NCBI GenBank assembly: GCA_034226945.1
Contig: CP120457.1
Coordinates: 186,001 to 250,000 of the forward strand
DNA length: 64,000 bases
Origin: Picochlorum sp. SENEW3
Taxonomy: Eukaryota
Direction of reading: 5' to 3'
This document shows positions 41,075 through 52,340 of this stretch, piece after piece. A program made the translations under genes and the position numbers. The notes under the pieces are model-generated. The model did not search any database and was not told the origin of the DNA. It saw only the letters and a program-made list of their open reading frames with translations. Numbering within the stretch: the first letter of the stretch is position 1; each line of letters starts with the position of its first letter.

Positions 41075-42025
41075 ATGTTGAGATTGCCCAAACGAGCAGG
41101 CATGGCCAAACAGGGCCTGTCGGGCCTCGCTCTTAAACTGACATGTCAGAGACATGTGAGCCAGGTATTCTTAACCACGAATTTTGGGAGACATGCGTGT
41201 ATAGGATACGGCTTTCATCAAAATAAGAGTATATCTCAGTATAGAATTAGATCGAATGAATCGAATGATGATCGTTCAGCATTGTCAAGGCAGTTGTCTC
41301 AGGACGAGCTTATAGTTGTGTCAAGTGCTCTTGGCCTTTCCTTGCTCACAGCGATTGGTATTATCGCCATCCCTGGATACCTTGAACAGTCTGATGGGTA
41401 TTATTTCGACTCTGGATTCTCATCAGGGGATATGGTGGGATCTCTACTCTGGGCGACAAGCTATTACTTTTGTTCTCCCTGGCAATTGCTCTTGCTCTTC
41501 TTGGGCAGGATTGATACCGAGCGGCCGAGCGACTGGCTGATGCGAGTCATGGGTCGAGTGATGGGTTATGATGTGGATGGGTTGGGGTACGAGCCCCCAG
41601 CAGCTTTGAAAATCGCTGCAGTGGCCATGGCAATCCTTTGGGGCGTGTTAACAGCGTCCATCCTTGAAATTTCGTTTGGTGACGGATCTTGGTCGGTATC
41701 AACAGGCATTGGAGCATGTTTCGCTGCTTTTGTCTATGAAGTAGGTCGACCAAAGAGACTATCGTCCGAGGAGGCAGTGCTTTTGGAGAAACAGTGGGTA
41801 GACTTTAAAGCATTTGCAGATGCATCCCTTAGTCCAGCAGGCAGATGTCATGAAACAGAAATAATGAGGGAATTCCGCAAACGATTTGGGAAATATAGAA
41901 GTGAAGAATCTCTCTCTGATGCGAGAATCAGAGATATGATCTCGAACTGGAACAGCAATGTCAAAAGATCCAGAAATGGATACTACACCAACATTTCAAT
42001 CAGGTCCTCCATTGATCAGATATAA
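41075..42025 (+). CDS. Conserved-looking plastid membrane protein of unknown function
   Basis: 316-aa ORF with a transit-like N-terminus, several hydrophobic segments and a basic C-terminal domain. Confidence 0.7.
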   Translation: MLRLPKRAGMAKQGLSGLALKLTCQRHVSQVFLTTNFGRHACIGYGFHQNKSISQYRIRSNESNDDRSALSRQLSQDELIVVSSALGLSLLTAIGIIAIPGYLEQSDGYYFDSGFSSGDMVGSLLWATSYYFCSPWQLLLLFLGRIDTERPSDWLMRVMGRVMGYDVDGLGYEPPAALKIAAVAMAILWGVLTASILEISFGDGSWSVSTGIGACFAAFVYEVGRPKRLSSEEAVLLEKQWVDFKAFADASLSPAGRCHETEIMREFRKRFGKYRSEESLSDARIRDMISNWNSNVKRSRNGYYTNISIRSSIDQI

Positions 42026-42057
42026 GCAATCCATTACCAATATTTTATATATTTATT

Positions 42058-44226
42058 CTATAAATAATCGCTATGTTGCCAATGATCTCCCTTCTCGATG
42101 AAGATGTTCTTCATAAAGTCGACAAATCGGTCAGCATAGTGTTTTGGATCTGACACTGAGACCCCATCTCCATGCAAGGTTTGCTTCCAAACCTTTTCAA
42201 CCCTTTTGCGAGTATTGTATTTCTGCAAAAAATCTATAATGCCAAAATAGAGCAAAACAGGTTGCCTTTGTTCGTTGCCATCACTATCTACCTGTATTGC
42301 AACAGCAGGTGTCCCCCAACCGATTGGATCACTGAACCTCAGGTCATTCACATTCAAACTGGAATTACTACCGCTGGTGTCTGTAAACTTTCTCGTCAAA
42401 TTTCTCGATGGCATTCCTTTGACTTTTGTTTTCGACACCTCGAGAGACGTAATTCCAGAAGCTGCAGATGATCGTGCTGCATCCCTGACTGAATTGGCCG
42501 AGGCAATCAAATTTGCAGCATCCTTTGCATAGTCTTTTGCCTGCTCATCCTCCAGGTACTCCTCCATATTTTGCAACATATTTCTACTAAACGCAAGGCT
42601 TCCATGAAATTGTCGCTGTTCCAACGCAATCAGCTTGGCTCGAGAAGATGGCCCCCATACTTCTCCTGGCGGATACCATACTGTATCCCCCCATGCTATA
42701 AAATGCACCCCGAGCAGAAGTGAATAATCAATCAACCTCCTTTTTGACAAAAAATGAACATCCTTTACTATCATATGCATAATCGCCTGATATCGTTCCG
42801 TTGTAATCTCGAATTTCATATCAATATCCAAATCTTTGAGTGTCGCATCTGGGTCCTGCATCTTCTCCGCCCCCACCGTCCTCTTATACGTGCTTCCCTT
42901 CAGATCATATTTTCTATGCATTCGCTTGCCAGTTGGTAGAACGTTCCCCATCACAACGAAACGCGCGTTCTGCCCAAGCCACGGACGCACCCTATGGATT
43001 CCATAAAACTTGACAAGCAGTGTCATTGGGTTTGAACACACATATTTCTCATACTGCTTCATGAAATGCAGAAATATCCCCATCTCCTCCTTTCGAACAG
43101 ACTTGATCAAAAACCGATCATCCTCTGATAAAAAGAAAATACACCCTGATGACCCAGGAGAGGGCATTTCTCTCAACGCAGGACCCCCTGTCAAACTCAC
43201 TAAATAATCAGCACTATCAATCCCACAACTCTCCCGTAATCGCTGGAAAACCTTTGGTAAATATTCTTTATACTTAAACCCCGGCACATCCCCGATATTT
43301 GGAAAATTCTGCACCACAGCTGATGAGTAATCCTTTCTCCTCAATGAATCTACTGGACTTTCCTGCGCAATCCCATACATGATCCCAACCTGAAGCTGCC
43401 TCATCAAATCGTACGAGTGATGCCCTTTATAAATAACCTCACCAGGCTTCAAAGGCCTCGAATCCATATGATACTGCTTCTTAATCTCCTTCAACTGCTG
43501 CTTATCCTTCTTTTCTTTCATCCGCAAACCTATGTTCTTCACCAACTCCCCATTCCTATACGTCCTCAAATACACCGTGGGATCTGACTCACCCACATCT
43601 CCGGGCGCCGGTCTATACACCCCATCCCCATCCTTGACACCATTCTTCCACCCACCATAATACACAGAACCATCCACAGCAGCATACGTCCCCTGTCCAT
43701 TCTGCAAATCATCCCTCCACTCACCCTCAAAACGATCCCCATTCGCCCATAAAAACACGCCTCTCCCATGTATTCGCCCATTCTTCCATTCACCACTATA
43801 TGAAGACCCATCATCAAATAGAATAGCATGCTCCCTCTCCTGCTTCTCATCAGATCGCGCATCCACTTCCTCGCTACCCTCAGCAATAGACCCACTCCTA
43901 GGCAAAGAATGTCGCATCTTGTCCATCTCATTCCCACCAACAATACTGCGTATCCTTGAGTTGGTCACCTTGTATGACTTTCTAAAAAACTGCTGAGGCT
44001 TTACACCACCCTCCCGCCAAGGCAACCTCCAAGGTCTAAACTTGCCATTTCTCTTGGAAGCTACTTCAAAAGGAGACCCAAGGTCAAGCTCCTTGGCATC
44101 CTTTGGCTCCTCTGACGACCCATTGCATTCCACAACACCGCCTTGGAATGTCCCTTTGGGAGACCCAGGTATAGATGACGACGACAAGGTCGCCGCCATA
44201 TTTAAATTTTGCAAAAATAATGCCAA
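42058..44226 (-). CDS. PIP5K: Phosphatidylinositol-4-phosphate 5-kinase with MORN repeats
   Basis: MORN repeats (YSGEWKNG..HGRG), SPGSSG, FLIKS, YDLKGS, DYSLLLG, GIIDFLQ. Confidence 0.93.
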   Translation of the reverse strand: MALFLQNLNMAATLSSSSIPGSPKGTFQGGVVECNGSSEEPKDAKELDLGSPFEVASKRNGKFRPWRLPWREGGVKPQQFFRKSYKVTNSRIRSIVGGNEMDKMRHSLPRSGSIAEGSEEVDARSDEKQEREHAILFDDGSSYSGEWKNGRIHGRGVFLWANGDRFEGEWRDDLQNGQGTYAAVDGSVYYGGWKNGVKDGDGVYRPAPGDVGESDPTVYLRTYRNGELVKNIGLRMKEKKDKQQLKEIKKQYHMDSRPLKPGEVIYKGHHSYDLMRQLQVGIMYGIAQESPVDSLRRKDYSSAVVQNFPNIGDVPGFKYKEYLPKVFQRLRESCGIDSADYLVSLTGGPALREMPSPGSSGCIFFLSEDDRFLIKSVRKEEMGIFLHFMKQYEKYVCSNPMTLLVKFYGIHRVRPWLGQNARFVVMGNVLPTGKRMHRKYDLKGSTYKRTVGAEKMQDPDATLKDLDIDMKFEITTERYQAIMHMIVKDVHFLSKRRLIDYSLLLGVHFIAWGDTVWYPPGEVWGPSSRAKLIALEQRQFHGSLAFSRNMLQNMEEYLEDEQAKDYAKDAANLIASANSVRDAARSSAASGITSLEVSKTKVKGMPSRNLTRKFTDTSGSNSSLNVNDLRFSDPIGWGTPAVAIQVDSDGNEQRQPVLLYFGIIDFLQKYNTRKRVEKVWKQTLHGDGVSVSDPKHYADRFVDFMKNIFIEKGDHWQHSDYL

Positions 44227-44413
44227 TCTGTTGCCTTTTTTACAGACGCAGTAGTTGAAACACGGGCGGTCAAAAGGCTCCAGTCGACCACCATGAGCAG
44301 ATGTAAAATACCTTCCAAGGTATCGGAATTCCGATCCAGGCGATACGTTGATGGGAACATGGTTTGGACCGTGTTCTGTACATCCTCATGGGATTCGTCC
44401 ATGCACACCACAT

Positions 44414-44929
44414 ATGGATGTAAATGAAACAAAAGAAATAGTTATCATGCCAGTGGTACGTAAGGTACGACTGAGGCACGTATGCGGAGACTTGGGTCCG
44501 TTTGACGTGGAATCCACTGCCCGCGTGGAAACCTTGGCAGAACAGGCATACAAAGAATGGCCGAAAGGTGGGTTTTAAATACATGTGGTTTATAACGGGG
44601 CGAATCTGATGTTACGGTTGACCACTGCAGAAGGGCCAATGGCTGTGGATCCTCCCTTGTCTCCAGAGGAAGTTGGATGCATCGTTCAAGGGAAGATATT
44701 GTCTGGATCACAGGATGTAGAGAGTGTGTATGAGAGGTATTTTGGAGGGTATGAGGAGGAGCAGGAGGAGGATGTGGTGATGACGATGCATGTTGTTGTC
44801 AGACCTCCAAAGCCCCCATCAAAGCATAGGAGTAAGAAGAAGAGTCAACGAGGGTCGCGGTCGAGGCAGCAGGGTGGGGCGACGACGTCGCGTTCATCGT
44901 CTGGTTCGCAGTGCTGTATCGTCATGTGA
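44414..44929 (+). CDS. MUB: Membrane-anchored ubiquitin-fold protein; exons 44414-44567 and 44631-44929
   Basis: GDLGPF...EWPK|E...QGKIL...TMHVVVRP and a C-terminal CCIVM CaaX. Start codon tentative. Confidence 0.8.
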
Positions 44930-45067
44930 TGTCTGAATGAATTATAGAAGCTTGAGGCAATGCGTGTGTGATTATGTACAACGTGAGGAGTTGCGTACTG
45001 CTGGAATAGATTTGTTTATGTGAATTCGTTACATATTTATTTTTAATGTCAACCTATCGTATATTTC

Positions 45068-48000
45068 CTATGATGCTGCTAGAATGTCGTCAAGATCTTC
45101 ATCTTCATCTGAGGAGGAGGACTCGTCATCATCATCATCTTCTTCTTCTTCTTCTTCTTCTTCTTCCTCATCATCTTGATTGTCGCTGCTGCTACTACCA
45201 CTTGTGTGTTCTTGTGCTGGCTGAAGTTCCTGGAGTTGTTCGTCAATGTCTGATTCTTCCTGGTCAATATCCATGATTCCATCGTCACTGTCGCTTTCAT
45301 CACCGAGTTCGAAGTAACTCGGTTTGAGACCAAGAGAGAGTTTACCACCCTCTGTATCGACAGTGATGACACGAGCTTTGACATCCTGTCCAACGCTGAA
45401 TAGTTTGAATACGTCTTGCACATACCCGTCTGAAAGTTCACTCACATGAGCTAGACCAGTCACGGGTGAGTCTTTGATGGACACAAAGACGCCGAATTTT
45501 TCTATCCGTTTGACGACTCCATTGACAATCTGTCCCTCAGAGAATCCTTCAACGCTGACGGTTGTCTTTCGTTTCCGTAATGTAATGTCGATGTTGCCAT
45601 TTTGAATGGTCATTACTGTGCCTTGCACGAATAGTCCTGGAGGATATGATGCTTCTGGGTCTTCGACAAAGTCATCCTGGAGCTGTCTCAGTTTTATTCT
45701 GGCTTCCACAGCTCGGCCCAGGGAGACAAAGACTCCCATTTTCCCTGCAGACTTGACATATCCTGATACGGCCGATCCTACAGAGAGATCTTTTGCCTTT
45801 AACGATGGATTTGGGATAAGAGCACCGTCGATGACGTCGAGCGTGCCTTCGTCTATATCAGAGACTGCTCCTGATGAGGGCCTCAAGGATGCGCTATACT
45901 TGTTGCCTGTTTGGGACACTATGGATACCTGTACAAAGCGATCCGTTTTGATGGCATTCAATGCGTTTTTAACCGCAACTGAGTAAATATCTGTGAGATT
46001 GATGACTCCGAATGTGTTCCAGGATAATTTGACAGTCACGCCATGACTGTTTGCTTTGGTGATGTATCCAACTGCCAATGTGCCTGGTTTGAATCTGTTC
46101 TCTCTGTCTACTGGCATGCCATAATGCTCTAGCGATACTTCCAATGAATGTTTTTTGGGATCCACTGACAGCACTCGCGTTTTTACTCTCATTCCCGTTT
46201 TGAATGTGGAGGAGGCAGTTTTGCACTCGTGCAATGATTCAATCTGGTCTGGAATGAATGCTCTGCCTTTGACAAAAGGACTGTATGCTATCAAAATATT
46301 CTCATTCTTTATGCCATGCACATATCCCGTCAATGTGTCATCTTTGGAAATTGTCTTCCATGTGACAGGGTCTGGAGAGGTTAAGGAGATGTGTACCAGA
46401 CCAGGCTTGGTTGGTTTTCCTCCTGCCGTGCCAATGACAAATCCTTTATGGGTCGATCCTGGCTCCAGTTTTCGTAGTGGATTGTCAGAGGTGTCATCTG
46501 CATCATTTACTTGAACTTGGGAGATGTGGATTGTCCCCTTCAAGTTGCTCTCCTCCAAGGTGACATCGGCATGTGTAGCATGCACTGAATCAATCTTGAT
46601 GTCGACTTCGATTCCACGCTTTAACGATGTACGCTTTCTTCCAGACTTTTGGGTCTCGTTATTCTTTGACTTCATCTGGTTCTTAGGGACGAGGAGTAAT
46701 CTGTGACCTGTGTCTGCTGACGGTGTGCTTGTCACCCTTGCTTCCAGTTTTTGACCAATGTTGAATTCTTTAACCGATCTATCGTTGAAGTCGGCGACAC
46801 AAAGGTGTCCTATAGGCGGATATGTTCCTTTAGGGAGTGATACGATGTAATACCCCTCCTCAGACTTGCATTGTCTGAGGACAACCTCCAGTTCCTGTTC
46901 CTCCTTGACAGGATTTTTTGGATCAGAGCCCTGGACAGCGGATTTCACATTGTTGAGGCTGCATAAATCGATGATCCCGTCTTTTTTTGAAACGTCCATG
47001 ACAATTGCTGAAACCGAAGAGCCTTCTTTGATCTTGTCTTCGTCTTGAGCCTGCCCATTTGCAAGAAGGCCTACCAAATCTGGATACTCCTCAAAGTCGC
47101 ACAAGACTCCATACTCTTTCCTGCCGTGTACAACCACGTCAACTGCATCGTATATATTAATGTATTAGGTGCTAAAATGTATGTGATTGTGTGTGAGAAA
47201 TATTCGTACCTGTAGACCCAAATGGGAATGTCCCAGCCCAGTCCATGTTTTCATCATGATCTTCATCAATCTTGTATGCCACGTCCATGTCTCTGATATA
47301 TGATTTTATGTATGATGCGTCTCCGGAAGCACAAATACTTTGTTTCAGGGATGCTGAGAACTGTTGTTTCTGCGTGTCCACTCCGGTCACACATGCCCTG
47401 ACTGACATGTTCACATGGAAGAGGGACGAGGGATTAGCCACAAACGAATCTGCAAGCTGAGAGAGACCGACTCGACCACTCAAATGATCCAAAAATCTAA
47501 CGAAAACTGCATTGGAAGATACGGATGCAATATATCCTGGAATGACGTTCCCTACTTTCAAATCCTCAAGCTTGTCTGGCATTGTTCCTGAAACAACTGC
47601 AGTTCTGATTGAATTCTTATTTGTGATTTTGACCTGTTGAATCGAATCTAAGCGTTCTAAAACCACCAAATCTTCCAATTTCGAGCCTATTGTGAGCGAA
47701 TCACTCAACGCTTGACAAGCCGCTGGGTGGTCAGATAGATGACCAACATCGAGTCTACCCAAGATGCCCTTCTTGTCTGGTACATCAAGTTCAAAAACGT
47801 AACCTGTGGCTTCTTCCTCATTGTCCTTACCTTTCAAAATATTCTTGACCGTTCCAGAATACATTTCACCAGGTTGAATATTCATGAGCACGCCATTTGC
47901 GGACGCAAGGTCGGCAACTTGCTGTTTGGTCAGCAATGTGAGTTTCAACCGCTGTGTACGCTCATTGACTCCTAATACTCGAACTTTGATGATCTGCCCC

Positions 48001-49857
48001 AAAGTAAACACTTCATGTGGAGTTTCACTAGATTTGATTCCAAGATGATCATTTCCTATCAATCCAGAAAGGCAGTTGAAGAATGTGACAAAAATACCAT
48101 GATCTTTGATTCCCGTCACAACACCATATGATTTCATTCCTGCGCTGGCGTCCTTGATGGAGGCTAAAATGGGTAGCTTGCTATCCACAAGAGTCTTCTT
48201 CAATGTTATGACGATCTTTTTCTTTCGCTTGTTGACTTCGAGGACTCTACCCGAAATTGTCTGGCCAACTTTGAACTTCTTATGAGACCTCTTGTGGGCT
48301 GCATCTGAGAAATGGATTGCAGGGACAGATGCCTTGAGAGTTGGAGATAGCTTCACAATCATCGAATACTCGTCCACTTTCTCGATTACTGCTGAAACTT
48401 TCAGACCAGGTTGAATCGCAGAGAAATCCAAGAGGCTTCCATCTACAATGGTGGGTTTTAATGACGCACTTGCAAGCCCATCAATTGGACGCAATCCAAT
48501 CACTCGACATTTCACAATCTGTCCTGATTTGAAACGAGACTCTATATCATCTATTTTACTGTCACTCAAATCCGATATGTGTGCAAACGCTGAGTAGAAA
48601 TCAGGACCATCTTCAGCCTTTTTGCATGGCAGATTCAGACTGACACCAAGGCCAGGATACACCCCCTTTACTATTGCATCATCATACACATCCCCTTTGG
48701 AGGGGAGTTTCGGAATAACAGACTTTACCAAGTGTGGTAAGAGCGACAGGCCAATCTTTTTTGTCTCCACGTCACAGAATAATATCCGTGCCTTGACCTT
48801 TTGACCTTCCTGAAACTTTGCCAAGTCCTGACCAAGGTGGAACGGGTCTACCGTTCCATTGAAAAACGTTAAAAATGACACAACGATCCCATCAGATAGT
48901 ATTTTCCCCACTTTCGCATTTACCAAATAACCAGGCAGGAGCGAGCTTATATTGACTCCAGACCATTCATTGGTCATGGATGTATCAACATCTTTTGGGA
49001 TACCAGTGACAATAGCATGCCCTTCATGCTTCATACTCTTCACCATAACATCCAGTATACTACCTTCCAGATACTCTTTTACTGTATTTTTCTTCATCAG
49101 GAATCCCGTGGTACCTTTGATCCCAAAATCAACAATATACCCATGGTCTTCCACACTCTTCACACATGCTATCAAGCAAGACCCCTCCCGTACAGCATCT
49201 CTATCAAGCCCTTTGTTAACACTAGATACTTTTGTACTTAGAAAAATCTTCTTCTTTTCTTGCTTTCCACTCTCTTGCCCCGCGACATCCACAACAGAGC
49301 ACCTCACATAGCTCCCAAGTGAAAAATATGCATTCAAGTGCAAAGACTTGGTTCCCAAAGCATCCGCTCCACGTGGAATGTAGTCCGAAGCATTTTCTAA
49401 AATCACAGTACCACGTAGCCCGTGAGGAAGACTCACCGCCATTGATGTTGGTGATACCTCTGTAATCATCCCCCAAAATTTCATGCCTGGCTTGACAGCT
49501 TTGAATTTCAAGAGTTCCACAAACTTTGGAACTTTCTCCATGACTGACAGTGATTTGAAAAAATCATCCTCGTCCACATCAATTGAACTCTTGTCGCTCT
49601 TTCGCTTCTTCCTTTTCTTTAAATGGCCACCAATCTCACGCTCGACTTCTGCCTCTGCTTCCTGCATGTCGTCCACGGCAGCAGTCATTCCGATGCCCTC
49701 GATTGGGTTTTACCACTATATATTAATGACATACCTCTCTAATTCGTTTCAATTCAACCGGAGCTATACCAGATCCTCCCCCTCGGGGAAAATTCTCTTC
49801 CTCCTCAGCAGCATGACCGTCATGCATGGCTTGCGCAACCTTTTTGCCCTTTTTCAT
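45068..49857 (-). CDS. RRP5: rRNA biogenesis protein RRP5, S1-repeat portion; exons 49857-49735, 49661-47210, 47142-45068 (~1549 aa)
   Basis: N-terminal FPRGG motif, many tandem S1 domains (SVEDHGY, GVFV..., GLAHVSELSD, LSLGLKPSYF), acidic tail. Confidence 0.9.
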
Positions 49858-49976
49858 CTTCATTGACAGTCCTAATAGGTTTTTATGATCTAAATTAAAT
49901 TCATATTTTCAACATGACATGCAAGAACGGCAGTCATGGACGACATCGTGTCCATTTTGATGACAACACTGTCTCA

Positions 49977-51593
49977 TCACTTGGTTGAGAGGGGGGAGGC
50001 CAATTTGCTTTGGAGCATGAGTAACCCAACATCAGAGAGGACAGCTTTGAAGTTGACCGATGGTTTACTCAATGTTCCCCTGATTGCAATGGAAAAAGGT
50101 TTTTGATCCTGGATATTCCTACCAACAACATGCTGTAATGTAGAGGAAGAAATCTGCACCATTGTGTCCATGGTTGCATCAGGCCCTGTCCCATTGATGG
50201 TTGCGCGAACACCAAGTTCAATTGGATACGATACTCCAGGAACCTGGAGGGACAGCGATGCAATATCTGATGCCACGGATGCTCCATTGTCACTGACAAT
50301 GACGGATGCTTCTGAGGATGAAATGGATACACTCATGTCCTTTTCAAGAGCGTGGCGAAAGCCAGAATATTTTGAACCCATGGAGGCGTCGCTCAACATG
50401 GTCAAAACTCGGATCACATCCCGCAAAAGAGGCCCCTGCTCAACCTGAGCACTCCATGGAGCAACTTTGGCAATCATCCGTGTCGCCGGAAGAACCCCAT
50501 CTTCCGAAGTGATTGACATTTTTATTGGCGATTCAGATATAACATGCACACCTCCAATAAATAAAGGGTTGATGAGTGCCATCACTGCATCCGAAAATGC
50601 TTGTGTGACTCTAGTATCAACATGGACTGGGGACTCTTCATCCAAGTATAACTCATCATTATTGGTTTGAGACCCTTTCAAATCCAAATGAAACGCTGGA
50701 GAGTCCATATCAACCGCAACTTGGGACACGAGGCGTCGGTTTTTGTCGACACGATGGCTAGATGAAAGTGCTTGTTGAGAAACTGACATGAACAGTCTTC
50801 CACCCATCAGTCGACTTATTTCTTCATTCAAACGAAGACGCCCCTCAGAAACAAAACATGTAATTGTGTCATCAATCACAATTTCTGCCGAGAAAGGATG
50901 GTTGACATGGACAGACCCTCTAAAAGCTTCTGGTAGCACTGGTTGTTCAATTGCTCCCAGCACCCCTGTCTTTTCTAATTCATTCAGAATTCTAATCTGC
51001 CCCCGTTCATCTGTTTCTAGATTCAAAACTGGATTATGAAGGAAAACCTCAGCCTTTTGATGCCGTCCAAGCATCTGCCATAGACTTTTTGAACTCTGTA
51101 TGCGATCTATGGACAAGCACTCCTCTGCTCCGCAACCAACCCGTATATTCTTTACATAAGGTTTTCTTGTACGCCACCTCATATCAACAGAATCCACGTG
51201 TATGCTCACCGGTGCGACTTTATTGGCAACATACAGGGCAGCCCTCAAACCTCTTCTGCTTGAAAGAGCACAAGGCAAAATCCAGGCCATGGCAGCAGTA
51301 CACGCAAGCACCCCAAGACTGACTCGACCCAATACAACACCAATCTTTGATATTCTTCCACGCATCCTCCCATGATGAGCACCATCATCATGAGAAGAAG
51401 ACTGGTCTGCAAAGACAACCAGACCCACCACCCTTGTGTTCCTTCTTTTCTGTCTCGATGGTACTACATTGGCGACACAATGTCTGCTCGGACCCATTAT
51501 TCTGCTTCTCGAACGCGTTGAGACGCATGAAACCCGACACTGACCTCGTCTGCACGAGGGGTGTACAACGTGTGTACCCATAGAGACTTGCAT
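49977..51593 (-). CDS. Plastid-targeted beta-rich protein with an N-terminal TM anchor, possibly AsmA-like
   Basis: 538-aa ORF with a transit-like N-terminus, one TM segment and the C-terminal string IAIRGTLSKPSVN. Confidence 0.65.
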   Translation of the reverse strand: MQVSMGTHVVHPSCRRGQCRVSCVSTRSRSRIMGPSRHCVANVVPSRQKRRNTRVVGLVVFADQSSSHDDGAHHGRMRGRISKIGVVLGRVSLGVLACTAAMAWILPCALSSRRGLRAALYVANKVAPVSIHVDSVDMRWRTRKPYVKNIRVGCGAEECLSIDRIQSSKSLWQMLGRHQKAEVFLHNPVLNLETDERGQIRILNELEKTGVLGAIEQPVLPEAFRGSVHVNHPFSAEIVIDDTITCFVSEGRLRLNEEISRLMGGRLFMSVSQQALSSSHRVDKNRRLVSQVAVDMDSPAFHLDLKGSQTNNDELYLDEESPVHVDTRVTQAFSDAVMALINPLFIGGVHVISESPIKMSITSEDGVLPATRMIAKVAPWSAQVEQGPLLRDVIRVLTMLSDASMGSKYSGFRHALEKDMSVSISSSEASVIVSDNGASVASDIASLSLQVPGVSYPIELGVRATINGTGPDATMDTMVQISSSTLQHVVGRNIQDQKPFSIAIRGTLSKPSVNFKAVLSDVGLLMLQSKLASPLSTK

Positions 51594-52340
51594 CCCTTTT
51601 TTCCAGCACTTTGATATGCTAGTAGAAGCAATACCTCAATGATAGTAGTATCAATGCCAAATTCACATCAGTCACCTGTTCTCGTCGTTTTTATACGTTC
51701 TATGCATCACCATCCGCCTATCGATCTGCTTGCTGCCTTTCGACAGGGTGAGCATGGCAATCCTAGAGATGAGCGTCCCGAACGCTCGTCGTGGTACTGC
51801 ACACCATCATCATTTGCACCACAGCCAAGCGAAGGACCGAAACAATCAGTATTGGAAATATATATTCTGAAATTGTATTTTTGGGATTGGTTATCTGCAT
51901 TATTTTTGCGTATGGACACCCGTAGCTATTTGACAAGGCCCAGCGCCCCATGCGTGTTCTGGTGTTTGTATTAGAACAGTATTAACGGTTCCGTTTTACC
52001 CAAAAAAGTTTCTAGGTGCGTTATTATATGTACTTAATGCCTCTCTGAAACGTTTAGGTGTCGTGCTCGATCAAGCGTTTTTCTCTGTTGGGTACTGCTG
52101 CTCTGCGCTCCTTCCAAGCGCGTGGCCAGCAATGTTTGAAAAATTCTACATAAATTTCCAATTGTGGAGACGTCACGGGGTGGGGAATGGCTAGGGCGTA
52201 TTTGTACGAAAGGGCAGCCCTAGGTCTCCACTGCCCTAGTGGTCGACACCTGTAACGACAACCTTAGGGTATCTCAGGGTTTTATGATGTATCAAACTCA
52301 CCATGTGATGTCTATGTCAATGTGATGCAGTGGTATTGTC

